DNA of 63,812 nt, counting the filler, from Octopus bimaculoides (taxonomy: Eukaryota), in the NCBI RefSeq assembly GCF_001194135.2. It is 5 parts of 5 records of this genome, joined end to end, with 100 filler letters (N's around TTAATTAATTAA, not from the genome) between each part and the next. Parts side by side here need not be neighbours in the genome. Positions count along the whole stretch, not along the records: positions 37,381 to 42,820 come from NC_068991.1; positions 42,921 to 61,007 come from NC_068981.1; 3 more parts are not named here. One strand, given 5' to 3'. The notes under the pieces are model-generated. The model saw only the letters and a list, made by a program, of their open reading frames with translations, was not told the DNA's origin and ran no database searches. The position numbers and the translations under genes were made by a program. Shown here piece after piece: positions 38,826-51,560 of this stretch (position 1 is the first letter of the stretch; every line of letters starts with the position of its first letter).

Positions 38826-39087
38826 NNNNNNNNNNNNNNNNNNNNNNNNNNNNNNNNNNNNNNNNNNNNNNNNNNNATATATATATGTATGTATGTATGT
38901 ATGTATACATATATATATTTATGTATACGACGGGTTTCTTTCAGTTTCCGTCTACCAAATCCACTCACAAGGCTTTGGTCGGCCCGAGGCTATAGTAGAA
39001 GACACTTGCTCAAGGTGCCATGCAGTGGGACTGAACTCGGAACCATGTGTTTGGTAAGCAAGCTACTTACCACACAGCCATTCCTGC
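38553..39087 (-). mobile_element. Full-length CORE-type SINE with expanded internal microsatellite and gap
   Basis: Well-preserved, CpG-rich copy; both halves recognisable. Confidence 0.9.
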
Positions 39088-40301
39088 TCCTTTGATTTCT
39101 TTTTATTAACCAGAGGGCCATTGGTGAGGGGTACATCATGAACCCAGAGAACAATTTTTGTGGGAATTTACGTAAAGGATGAAAAAGTATAAAATGGAAA
39201 AGACGGTGAAATGTAATAAAAGTGTACGTACTATACAAAGAGGTAACATGAATTATGCAGTTCTCCTGATATAAGAGAAGCTCCAATATTGACCAATCAA
39301 TAAACCCCACAGATCCAGGATTACTTTGACCACAAAAGGCACGAGCCCTCACCGAAATGTTGCTCTACAATCTATTGGTGCATTCTTAGAGTATGGCCAT
39401 TCACTCTAACCATTTTTGCCGCAGTCGACCATCTTTTCCCAAATTCAGTTGGAGTCAACACTCTCCTCTTCACCTTCTCTTTCCTTTCGAAGTGAAAGTT
39501 TAAAAAAGTCGATGAGAGTTTGGCCGTAGAGGAAGATGTATCTCCTCAGCATCGTCCAACACACAATGGCCATCGTCATTGCTACTAAACAGAGGAACAC
39601 CACCTGCTTTGCCTTACTAAAGGTGAGTGGTAGGCGATCCTCACACTGGATTCGGCAAGAAGTCGGACTCGTCCTACACGCACATAATTTTTATGATATA
39701 AGTTACGATCTGCACTTTTCAAGTAAGGCAGCAGTAATTGATGCCTTTGATTCCAATACTTGACTGGTATTTTATTTCTTCAACTCCAAAAGGACGAGTG
39801 GAAAAGGATTTGAAATCGGAACATAGGGCGCCGAAAGAAATGCCACAAGGCATTTGGCTATACTGTAACATTTCAACTTATCCAACACCGTTTTATATAT
39901 AACAATAATCGTTATATTTAAAACTACACAATTTGCTACAACAAGAACGAGAACAACAACGGTAAATCCACCACCACCAACAACAACAATAATAATTCTG
40001 ACCACAACAATAACAACAGTTGAAATATTGTCACTTATGAAAGCAAGAGGTAAAAGGAGAAGAAAAAAAAGAGGCAGAAGAGGAAATTGCAGGAGAGGAA
40101 ATGGAAGAAGAAGAAGAAGAAGAAGAAGAAGAAGAAGAAGAAGAAGAAGAAGAAGAAGAAGAAATGACAAAGAAAAATTACACAACACGAGCAGCTAAAA
40201 CAATAATAAACGTATTCAACAAGAACAATGAAAACTGCTTACAAACACAAATGACACACATAATGGCCACCGCCACCACCATCACCACCACCACCACCAC
40301 C

Positions 40302-40334
<33 letters not shown>

Positions 40335-40923
40335 GCAACAACAACAACAACAGCAACAATGTTTATGAAAACAACAATAACGACAAAGAAATCACTGTAG
40401 CATCGACGGCGTCGTAATCCGTAAGGACATCTAATATATAGAGCCTAGAATAAAATATCTCTTGGCAATTGTACCACTTGAGGATATAATCTACAAATAA
40501 TCATATGATTTATTATATATCAATAAATAATGAATGGATCTCCATCAGTTCCAACGACGAGGGTCCCAGTTGTTTGATCAATGGAGTTATTTATTTGCTG
40601 AATTAGAGTATAAAGCAGATGAATTACTTGGTTGTATTCCAGTGTTAATTCTGACCTTAATATGTTTTTTACATGGAAAATCCCGCATGATACAGTCTAT
40701 AACAATGCGGGTTAGTCATGTAAATACAGGTGCAATTCATCTCCGACGGGTCCCTAAACAGATTCCTTTTCACCAATTTAATTCAGCAGAACATTGCGAG
40801 AAAATCGAAGATACGGGCGAAGGCACTTACCGAACTCCGAAAAAAACATTTTAACTGTTTAGATATTACTATTCTGAAAACAGCGGACAAGGCATGCACA
40901 GGAAGTAATATACCGTGTGTCTG

Positions 40924-40968
<45 letters not shown>

Positions 40969-41188
40969 NNNNNNNNNNNNNNNNNNNNNNNNNNNNNNNN
41001 NNNNNNNNNNNNNNNNNNNNNNNNNNNNNNNNNNNNNNNNNNNNNNNNNNNNNNNNNNNNNNNNNNNNNNNNNNNNNNNNNNNNNNNNNNNNNNNNNNNN
41101 NNNNNNNNNNNNNNNNNNNNNNNNNNNNNNNNNNNNNNNNNNNNNNNNNNNNNNNNNNNNNNNNNNNNNNNNNNNNNNNNNNNNNNNN

Positions 41189-42211
41189 GTTTTAGGGAAA
41201 ATAACCAAGTTTCAAGAACTCATCGATGAAAATCCACTATCACATATAGAAAAATCAATAATTAAAAGCACAATAAATGAGTATAATATAAAACAAAGTA
41301 AATATCATAAGATAAAGATAATAAAATGACTACACGTGTTTCATAACTAATTTTCAAATAGAAAGGAAATTTAAATCGATTAAAATCAATTGAAATTATC
41401 GAAAATAAATTCTATTCAAAAATATAGCTAATCGTCGTAATTAGAACAATAATTAAAATAAATAAATAAATATATTAACCAACAATAAGTACCAAATGAA
41501 TTTATATGAAATACTTATTTTATAAAGATAGAAAAATTATTAAAAATATCAAAATATCAAAATAATAAACATTCAATAATCATCCCTTCATCCATTATAA
41601 TATATGCTAACATGTATATTATATACAAAAACCAGCTTACATAAATTATCATTGTTTTAAATTATCATTGCTTTAAATACAATTTGAACGAAGTTTAAGT
41701 TTAAAATAATAATGAAGATAAAATTAGTACATATTTAACCGGTGTAATAGTTAAAGCTATACTATTTAAAACTAAAAACGTTTATTTAATTATCATTAAA
41801 AATCAATTGAATAATGAAAAATACAAGAATATTTATTTCTACAAACGTAGAAATAAAAATCAAAATATGAATGAAAAAATTATGAATGAAAAAATTAGGA
41901 AAGAAAAACATTATTAATAATATAAGATTAAACTTTATATATACATACAAAGTTTTAATTAAAAAACCTTTAACGATATTACAAACAATAAAGACTAATT
42001 ATTAATCAAGAATAATCGAAAATATATCAACACTATTCAAATCGAAGTTCTAATATGTTGAAATGAAACTATATTTTATTATCTTTATCTTATGATATTT
42101 ACTTTGTTTTATATTATACTCATTTATTGTGCTTTTAATTATTATTTTTTCTATATGTGATAGTGGATTTTCATCGATGAGTTCTTGAAACTTGGTTATT
42201 TTCCCTAAAAC
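41189..42211. repeat. 139-bp near-perfect inverted repeat around a 745-bp extremely AT-rich spacer
   Basis: 41189-41327 vs 42073-42211, about 2 mismatches; the left arm abuts a gap. Confidence 0.85.
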
Positions 42212-42486
42212 TATATATTTTATCTATAAAGCTTAATTTAATTTAATTTTTTTATAAATTGATTTTAATTGAGTTTTTACCTGTAATTTTGGATTTTGTC
42301 CCTAATATTATATATGTATATATATANNNNNNNNNNNNNNNNNNNNNNNNNNNNNNNNNNNNNNNNNNNNNNNNNNNNNNNNNNNNNNNNNNNNNNNNNN
42401 NNNNNNNNNNNNNNNNNNNNNNNNNNNNNNNNNNNNNNNNNNNNNNNNNNNNNNNNNNNNNNNNNNNNNNNNNNNNNNNNNNNNNA

Positions 42487-42820
42487 GTTGGATCCAAGTC
42501 TCACCCAGAGACCTCAAGATACAACAAGCTAGAAGTTCATGTAGGTGTTATGCCTAGGGTACCATATATTTGGATTTGTACATAGTGTTGTTCTAGAGAA
42601 TGTTTAAGAAACCGTAAGAAAATTATGTGTTTTTTGAAAATTTGAGATCACATAGACAGTATTTTACGTAGGATATGGGCAGTTCCCAAGAGCACTATCT
42701 TTTGAACTTCAGCCATTTTGGGGTTTCCTGGTATCTGAGCTAGGTAGTAATCAGCCCGTTTCGCTGTCATTCCCAGGGCACCTATGACAATAGGTATTGT
42801 TTTAGTCTTCAGGTTCCACA
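42487..42820 (-). mobile_element. R4/Dong-clade LINE 3' end
   Basis: WNLKTKTIPIVIGALGMTAKRADYYLAQIPGNPKMAEVQKIVLLGTAHILRKILSM* (stop 42650-42648), then 3' UTR. Confidence 0.9.
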
Positions 42821-42920
42821 NNNNNNNNNNNNNNNNNNNNNNNNNNNNNNNNNNNNNNNNNNNNTTAATTAATTAANNNNNNNNNNNNNNNNNNNNNNNN
42901 NNNNNNNNNNNNNNNNNNNN

Positions 42921-42960
<40 letters not shown>

Positions 42961-43220
42961 TATCTTATTTTATATCTTTTGTTTCAGTTGTTTGACTGCG
43001 GCCATGGTGAGACAGCATCTTGAATGTTTTAGACGAACGAATCGACCCAAGTACGTATTTTCGAACCCTGATACTTATTTAAAGGGCCACATAGTGTCTG
43101 TGTAAGTATGTATGTATATGTATGCATATATGTATGTATGTATCTAAGTATATATGTATGTATGTAGTTATGTATGTATATTTATATAGATTGTCGACCA
43201 TACATACTTGAGATACCAGC

Positions 43221-43397
43221 TGTGTATTTGCCAGCAGGCTGCGCTTTGACTAGGTGGAAATTACTGTCACAAAATGCCGGATACTGAAAGCCCTTAAACA
43301 GATGAGACAAATTCCAGACTATTAGGTATTTTAATAGCCGGTGCTTTGAGAGAGTAATCTCCACCATATCAAATCGCAGCCCAACGGCAAATACACG
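43221..43397. mobile_element. Palindromic MITE-like element with ~60-bp diverged arms
   Basis: gtgtatttgcc...ggctgcg.tttga...ggtgga.attact.tc.caaa on both arms in inverted orientation. Confidence 0.7.
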
Positions 43398-43464
43398 TAG
43401 CGTATAGGTAAGTATGTGTGATCGATTATAATTACTAGGCTAGCGTTGCTTCTATTTCATATTT

Positions 43465-43512
<48 letters not shown>

Positions 43513-43954
43513 TTGTAGCGCTCTACATATTACATCTATCAATTTTCTTTAAATATACATCAGAGACAGAAATATATAAAGAAGATTAAAATTGAAGTTA
43601 GAACAGTGATGGAACACGTTATGGAGACAAAAGAGGTATATATGTAAATATAACGACACTTCTCATTAAATCAATGTACTTAGTCTTCCGCTCATCGATC
43701 AATCAATGGCGACAGGGTGGAAAGCAATAATAGGGTTGGGGTGTAATTTTGAGCGATGATGCAACTTCTTCAAATATTAGTGTGGTTGAGTGATATGTGT
43801 TTGTATGTATGAGTGTCTGTGTGGGGGTGAGAGAGAGAGAGAGTGTGTATGTGTGAATCTCTGTGTGTATATACGTATAGATATATATGCATATATTACG
43901 TATTCATATATGTATACATGCACACACACATATATATATATGTATATATTTTCT

Positions 43955-44270
43955 CTCTTCATTTCTTTCAGTCATTTAACTGCGGTCATGCTGGAGCACC
44001 ACTTACGGGGACGTAAACACACCAACATCGGTTGCCAAGTGATGATGGGAGGGGGAGACAAACACACAAACTTACACACAAACGCATACATATATATATA
44101 TATATACGACGGGCTTCATTCGGTTTCCGTCTACCAAATCCACTCATAAGGCTTTAGTCGGCCCGAGGCTATAATAGAAAACACTTGCCCAAGGTGCCAC
44201 GCAGTGGGACTGAACCCGGAGCCGTGTAGTTGATAAGCAAGCTACTTACCACACAGCCACTCCTGCGCCT
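43955..44270 (-). mobile_element. Full-length CORE-type SINE
   Basis: CpG-rich copy with tRNA head ending cacacagccactcctgcgcc. Further copies at about 59623-60205(-), 58590-58750(-), 27600-27730(+), 11030-11310(+), 42970-43085(-). Confidence 0.9.
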
Positions 44271-44475
44271 ATATATATATATATATATATNNNNNNNNNN
44301 NNNNNNNNNNNNNNNNNNNNNNNNNNNNNNNNNNNNNNNNNNNNNNNNNNNNNNNNNNNNNNNNNNNNNNNNNNNNNNNNNNNNNNNNNNNNNNNNNNNN
44401 NNNNNNNNNNNNNNNNNNNNNNNNNNNNNNNNNNNNNNNNNNNNNNNNNNNNNNNNNNNNNNNNNNNNNNNNNNN

Positions 44476-44516
<41 letters not shown>

Positions 44517-44760
44517 ATATGTTTGTATGTATGCATGTATATGTATATGTGTATGTACATGACTATTATATATTACAAACACAGAAAGTGACACGTATCT
44601 CTATACACATACAAATAAACATACAATCACTTACACATACATAAACTCATACAAAAAATTTGGGAATGCACAAGCAGGAGAAAATATATTGAATATGTGC
44701 AGTTGAGTGTATGTACTTATTCTAACCCAACGTTTCATTCACACACACACACGTTTCACT

Positions 44761-44807
<47 letters not shown>

Positions 44808-44872
44808 ATATATATTGATAGTGGATCATATATCCGGAAGTGAAGCACACTCTTAAAGTTAAAGCAGTAATG

Positions 44873-45056
44873 TATTTACATGAAGTTAGATAAATGTCCG
44901 GTCCTAGATGACCAATGGTTTCGCATCCATAAAGCGCATATCTTTATGCCGGCGATCATTGAAGCCTAACTAGTCGACTATAAACTAAAATCGCTTTATG
45001 AATACAAAACCAGCGGTTGCTCTATGACCGAACATATATTTTATTTCATGTAAATA
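44873..45056. repeat. Palindromic element with ~65-bp diverged arms
   Basis: tatttacatgaa termini; ggtc.taga...acc..tggttt.g.at.cataaagcg on both arms. Confidence 0.7.
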
Positions 45057-45394
45057 TATATATAAATATAAATATAAATATATATATAAATATAAATATA
45101 AATATATATATATATANNNNNNNNNNNNNNNNNNNNNNNNNNNNNNNNNNNNNNNNNNNNNNNNNNNNNNNNNNNNNNNNNNNNNNNNNNNNNNNNNNNN
45201 NNNNNNNNNNNNNNNNNNNNNNNNNNNNNNNNNNNNNNNNNNNNNNNNNNNNNNNNNNNNNNNNNNNNNNNNNNNNNNNNNNNNNNNNNNNNNNNNNNNN
45301 NNNNNNNATCTATATATATATATATCTACACACATACACACATATAGATAGATAGAAATACGTATGTATGTATGTGTGTATGTATGTATGTATA

Positions 45395-46374
45395 AAGGGT
45401 TGAACAGAAAGAATACAAGAAGTTAGACGTAAGTAGAGCAAACGAGAAACTAGACGAAAACTTAACGGACACGAAATTAGACAAAGACACGCTACACAAA
45501 ATATTCGCAGCTGAGTTTTCTTCTTCAGTCAATGACGCAAAATATCGTAGCTGTTTCGCGCCAATTACCATTGATACTGCTCAATTTTTCAGGCGCCAAT
45601 GCTTTTTATTAAGCTCCTAGGAAAAAAACTAGCGAATGTGTACTAAGACTGAAACAAACGAAGCATTATATAAATTCAATAAAGAATTATGCATAAATAT
45701 CAGCATGAAACCAAGTAAGGACAAAATACAACGGAAAAAATAATTATACATATAACACAAATGCAACAAAAAGAGCATTTGCAACTATCGAACGACCTTA
45801 ATGGGTTTCGCACAAAGATGAAGCAGAGTAAGTCCTAGAGGACAGCGGGAGCAGAGGCCAGTAATGACCAGTCAGGTCAAAGGCTGGGCGAAAAAAGACA
45901 ACACCGCTTTCGCCGGACATCAGTTACATGGTAGTCAATGGAGGCAAGCGAGGGCGAAAAGAGAGGGTAAGAGTGGAAAAAGAAATAGAGTAAGAGTAGT
46001 GGTGCAAAAAGATTGAGTAAGAGGAAAAGAGCGAGAGACCGAGAGACAAAAGAAAGGTGGAAGGGAGGCAAACGATGGCAGAAAGGGAGAAAGAGTAAGA
46101 GGGGAGATAGCGATAGAGTAAGAATAGAGCTGGAAGGAGATAGAGTAAGAGTAGAGATAGTGTTACGAGTGGTGCAAGAATATTCAAGGAATACTTTTTT
46201 TACAATCAAGTACACAAACAGGGTGTGTGTTGCACTACATGTATGTATCAAGGGTTGAACAGAAAAAATACAGCAATGAGAAGAAGTAAGACGAATGCAG
46301 AGCAAACGGGAAAGTAGACGAAAACTTAACGGACGGGAAATTAAACAAAGAGACGATATACGAAATATTCGCAG
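45395..46374 (+). repeat. Diverged ~120-bp direct repeat (45395-45510 and 46250-46374)
   Basis: aagggttgaacagaaa.aataca...agagcaaacg.gaaa.tagacgaaaacttaacggac..gaaatta.acaaaga.acg.ta.ac.aaatattcgcag. Confidence 0.85.
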
Positions 46375-46705
46375 TGGTGATGAGGAATCAACAAACTCAC
46401 GAAGAATTAACAAACACATGAGGAATTAACAAACTCACAAGGAATTACGAAACCCACAACAAAAGATTTTGTGCGAATTTTACGGAAAACAAAATCGTAA
46501 AATTGTGGAAAATTTGTTGGCCGGTTTGTAGAAAAATAATAAACACATGATGCACATTCACACACAAGCATACATACTGACAGCCAGACATGCATACATA
46601 CGCACGTACGTACATACATTGGTCGTACAAAAAGGAGGAATAGAGCTCAATGTATGGATATCTGTGTGTTGTGGAGATAATAATGATAATGGTACACCCC
46701 TCCCA

Positions 46706-47152
46706 TGTAACGAGTGGTACGTGTTAGTCGCTGTAGATAGATGTCGTCGGTCAGTGTAGAAGAGAGAGTACGAGTACTTGAGTTGAGTTCTTCAGAGTTG
46801 GCGTTAGTGATTTTGGTTGGAAGGGAGCGTTGCGTGCGGTGAGTTGCATTATTTGAGTATAGTTGAAAATTGTTATAGAATATTATTATTATTATTATTA
46901 AACAGAAGATACAAAAACTACGTGGAGCGTTCCCGGAATTAATTAACCATACGGATATATATGTTCGATATGAGAATCTACCCAGTGTGATTGGGAGAGA
47001 GGATCTGTTTGAACATATAACAGAGGAGCGATAAAAAAAAGATAAGAGACTGTATAAAAGAACATTAAAATGGAACTGCGAGCTTTGGGGGCTCGTAAGC
47101 CATTTCATACTTTCATTGTAAATAATTCATTTCATACTCACCATTCGTTACA
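46706..47152 (+). mobile_element. Probable solo LTR (447 bp)
   Basis: TGTAACGAGTGGT ... ACCATTCGTTACA (13-bp inverted ends, 1 mismatch); internal GTATAAAAG and ATTAAA; no clear 4-6 bp TSD. Confidence 0.6.
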
Positions 47153-48041
47153 TGTACCCCACTTTTTGTGTTGTCTGTCCTTGTAATGTCCATTCTATGT
47201 TGAGACTTTATGCCTAAATAAAGATAGGAGAGAGTACGAAGTAGACGTTCCTAGATAGTCGTGTCTTTATTGGTCTAACAACTATACTGCTATACTGAAG
47301 TTGGCGTTATAGCAATCCGACATTAGGGATACAACACTTTGAAAGGTAAATGGCTTGGCAATGGAAAATACAGAATTATGTGGGTGAGATCTATAGATCT
47401 GACGCTTCAGTTGAATGTCCGTTACCAATTAACGTGGTCATCTATGCTGCACTTTAAACCAGTAATTTTCTGTGTTTGATACAACCAACTAAAAGAAAGT
47501 TGGTATCGTGCAAAATCGGTAGAAATTAATTTTATTTTATAATGACTTCTTTTCGCAGATATACTTCACAGCAACTTTTACATTGAGATAATCAACACTA
47601 AGGGTATCAGCTATTCATAACATGTAATTAGTTGCGCAAAAAAGCTGCGGTTATATCGTTCAATCAACGACAATATTGAAGTAAATCTTATTACAAAGTT
47701 GATGGATAGCCTACAAGTGAATACTATTGGAAAAAAAAAAACAATTTAATTTCTAAAGAATTCGTCAAATAGTGAGGCAATATTTTTTTCTTTCCATGAA
47801 AATAAAGAACACGGCGACTCAAAGCTCCTGAAATTACATGAATGGAAATATTCTATTTCTCATTCGTATTACCATCTGGAGAGCATTTTAAACAACTATT
47901 CTTGTCAAATCTCAATGTATGAAGACATGGCTGTTTATTTTCTAACGTAAACTTAATATCAGCCAGAAGTGCTTAGATCCTAATTTCACCAAACAATATT
48001 ATAAGCTCCAGAGAATACACCTTTGTAATATCCATGTAAAA

Positions 48042-48102
48042 GTGAAATGGCCGAGTAGGGAGGATATTGGAATATCAACACAAAGATCAACAGTTCGAAT
48101 CC
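48042..48102 (+). pseudogene. tRNA-like Pol III relic (tRNA pseudogene or SINE head)
   Basis: TGGCCGAGTAGG (A box) and GTTCGAATCC (B box) at tRNA-like spacing; no convincing cloverleaf. Confidence 0.4.
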
Positions 48103-50164
48103 AATTAATTAATTCCATACTTCTCAGGAATATGCAAGAGCCAGTCTGACAATGGTAAAAGATCTTAACTTGCGACAAAGATGTAGACTTAGCTGATATT
48201 TCACATATTTATAATATTTATGGGTAAATAACCATGAAACGTATAAAAAATCTCAAGACACGGAAGAGAAATTCGCAAGATGTTTCATTCTTATCACAAG
48301 CGTCTAATATAGAAAACCACAGATGCAGGAAATTGATGGACAGTATATTTCCAGAAATTTTGCTCCATTTTTTTTTTATGTGGTATAAGTCGAGACTAAC
48401 TCGACTAATTTGGGACGAATGGTGAGTTTATTCAAGAAAAATTGTTTAGTAAATCACAGATAATGGAATCAATAAGTCATTGGGTAAAACAAAGAGATTT
48501 GTCGCACAAAAATATATACAACGCGTTCAACACAGAACTAGAGAAAAAAGCCTACAAAATATTAAGTCACGTATTAACAATTGCTATATTTAATCAGTGT
48601 AAAGTAGACACCGAAACCGAACAAAGTTCACATCCGATGGCATGCACTTCATGAATTGTTCTGATCATATTGTCACTTCATTAGGATGCTAAATAATAAT
48701 TTGATCTGAAGTATAGAGTAATTTGTTACGTGATGGAGTCTGAGTTGTAGTTCAGGACGAAAGAAGATATCCAGATACATATAGAAACAAATGCACACAC
48801 GCACACACGCGCGCGCGCACAGGCATATATTTTCAGCATTATATCCGTTTATCCATATGCATGTAGATATATGTACTCACAAGTAATCTCTTACCTTCTC
48901 AGTCACATTCACCTGTGAACGCAAAAATATACACAGAAACACACATAAATACTTACATTTGTACATTCGTGTGTGCACGTATACATACATATATAGATCT
49001 ATATCTATATATGTACATGTATAAACGTATATGCATATGTAATGTATATGTATATATGTATGTATGTATATATATCTATATATGTATATATATATATAAG
49101 NNNNNNNNNNNNNNNNNNNNNNNNNNNNNNNNNNNNNNNNNNNNNNNNNNNNNNNNNNNNNNNNNNNNNNNNNNNNNNNNNNNNNNNNNNNNNNNNNNNN
49201 NNNNNNNNNNNNNNNNNNNNNNNNNNNNNNNNNNNNNNNNNNNNNNNNNNNNNNNNNNNNNNNNNNNNNNNNNNNNNNNNNNNNNNNNNNNNNNNNNNNN
49301 NNNNNNNNNNNNNNATATATATGCATATGTCTGTGTGTGTTGTGTGTTTGTGTGTACATGTCTTTCAAAATATGTATAGGATATACTTGGGTACTTATCT
49401 TTCTGTATGCCTTTGCACATATGTATGCATAATTGAAAGTTTATACTCCTGTTGAATACACACACACAAATACACACACAGAAACACAAATACTCACTCA
49501 CACACCCACTCATACACACACACACACAGACACACACACACACCATATGGCATCATCAGTCTCTTACTGCAGTGACCGAAGCCAATGCAATTGATTATAT
49601 ATCTATTCAACACACGCACACTGACACACAGCAAACACACAGAAAAGAAGTCAGCCGGTATGAATAATCATAACCAAATATGCTAAATAACATATTCAAG
49701 TTTTACTTCACTATACTTTAATTGCAGAAAGCAAAATTGAATAAATTATTAAGGCTTTGTTTTGGGCTGTATTATTCCCTCGAATTTTGGAATCAATCCA
49801 AGACGGAGATTGTTTCAGGCAAACGCTTGTTCTGGTTCCTGTTAAGTCTTATTCGGGTTCTATATTACAGAAATATGTACAACTTAATAGCTTATGTAAT
49901 ATTGGCATTTCACTGTGACAATATCGAAAGCTTTATTGAATAATGTCATTTATGTAAGTTTACGATTGTCATATGCATTCATAATTTCTGCGGTCATTGA
50001 TACTATTAATATATCCATACATGCGATTTCTATAAGGGTGTATATACATACATACATACACACACACACGAAGAAATCGTGATATATATAAAGCACGATA
50101 TCTTCGTGATCAGAGGTGTTCGAAAACCGAGGTACTATTGTGTGTGTATATATATATATATATA

Positions 50165-50880
50165 TAAACATAATTAAGGGATCACCAAAATTGCTTCACC
50201 ACATACCGAAATTTAGAAATAGTAATTAAAATACTAATTTTTCTACTACAATATGTCTCCACAGATAGCATTACTCGTAACTCACATAGGCGAAAAAGAA
50301 GAAAAAATAACGAAACCAACCAGCCTTAGTTAATCACGTACGCTTTTCGGGATTAGAATGGTATAAAATTCATTTCCTTCTTCAGCATGATATTCTAGAT
50401 TATATTTTTGAAAATTCTGACAAAAACCATGCATGCTCGATCAGGCGACATCGAACATCATATAAGAGAAACAGCATTTCCGAATTTATATAGACGAGTA
50501 AGTACGTATCCATCCTCAAGATTCACCATGTGCGTCAGAAGCAATACTGCAGAAAATCTGTAATTTACTACCAGGGAGTGAATAATAATTATAGATATAG
50601 GGTAAAGAATTATTAATCTATTAATAAAATAATAATTAATAATTTTACCAAGTAGTTCGGTATGGCAAAAAAACTATTATCGGTAAAAACTTATACAAAA
50701 TGTTATTTTTTATATAATTATAAACATAATTAAGGGATCAACAAAAGTTGCTTCACCACATACCGAAATTTAGAAATAGCAGTTAAAATACTTAGTCTTC
50801 TACTACAATATGTCTCCATAGATAGCATTACTCGTAACTCACATAGGCAAAAAAGAAGAAAAAAATAACGAAACCAACCA
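50165..50880 (-). repeat. Partial tandem (556-bp period) of a hammerhead-bearing repeat
   Basis: Direct repeats 50165-50321 and 50721-50880, about 90% identical by eye, flank the hammerhead. Confidence 0.85.
50333..50391 (-). ncRNA. Minimal type I hammerhead, near-intact (C15.2->A)
   Basis: ATCATG CTGAAGA A GG(aAATG..CATT..)CC GAAA AGCG TA CGTGAT: 6-bp stem I; GAAAAGCGUA is one change from GAAACGCGUA. Confidence 0.65.
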
Positions 50881-50899
50881 TCCATAATTTTCCCCGAAC

Positions 50900-51560
50900 G
50901 GGTTGATACATATCCTATTATTCCAATAATAATAGTTATAAAACTATAAGTGTATTTCGCGTAGGACCATATATTAATTTTTTTCTTTCTCCTGTATTTA
51001 TATGGCCCTATTTGTGTACAGTGGGTAGCTTATTTCCACCACAAATCATCTATTTTTCTCGTAGTTCCACATAGCAATATCTGTCCGGTTGTGTTTAACT
51101 TGGTGACAGTTTTAATTTCTATGTTCCACCAATATTCTTTTGACAATCTGTCTCAATATAGAAAACTTCGTCTGTTAACACTTTCTTTTATCTTATCCTG
51201 TTCCAGATTCTTCTGGTCACCGCATCACTGCATCATGCCTCTTTGAAAAATAATATCTAGAATACATGTTCTTGCAGTTGGCAATAATGTGTTTGATGGT
51301 AGTAGTAGGAGGTGATTTCTTGTTCTTAAACAGCATGGAGGTAATCTTCAAAGTGGGATGTCATGAAATTGTCGGCACTCTATACTAAGCTTTTGATATC
51401 ATCAATACCTTCTATGACTTGCGTCTTTCGTACCCAGTATGCATGCATTACACTCTCACTGAATTTTTCCATTTTTATATTTTGTTCTGCTGATAAATAA
51501 AATTTACCAATTATCCTTAGGGAAAGATCTGCATCAGTTCATATTTCATGCCTTTCCTTA
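50900..51560 (-). pseudogene. RLE-type (R4/Dong-like) LINE C-terminus: zinc knuckle and PD-(D/E)xK endonuclease remnant
   Basis: TIKHIIANCKNMYSRYYFSKRHDAV...KEYWWNIEIKTVTK...KHNRTDI...VVEISYP...EKE..YGP. Confidence 0.8.

Noticed and set aside
39493-39630. Possible plus-strand exon: pyrimidine tract and AAG acceptor, AAG|GTGAGT donor at 39622/39623
   Set aside because: All three frames are closed from the acceptor; the 29-codon ATG ORF has no recognisable homology; insufficient without RNA data.
40534-40854. 106-aa ORF of normal composition
   Set aside because: No recognisable domain, splice context or paralogue; compatible with chance.
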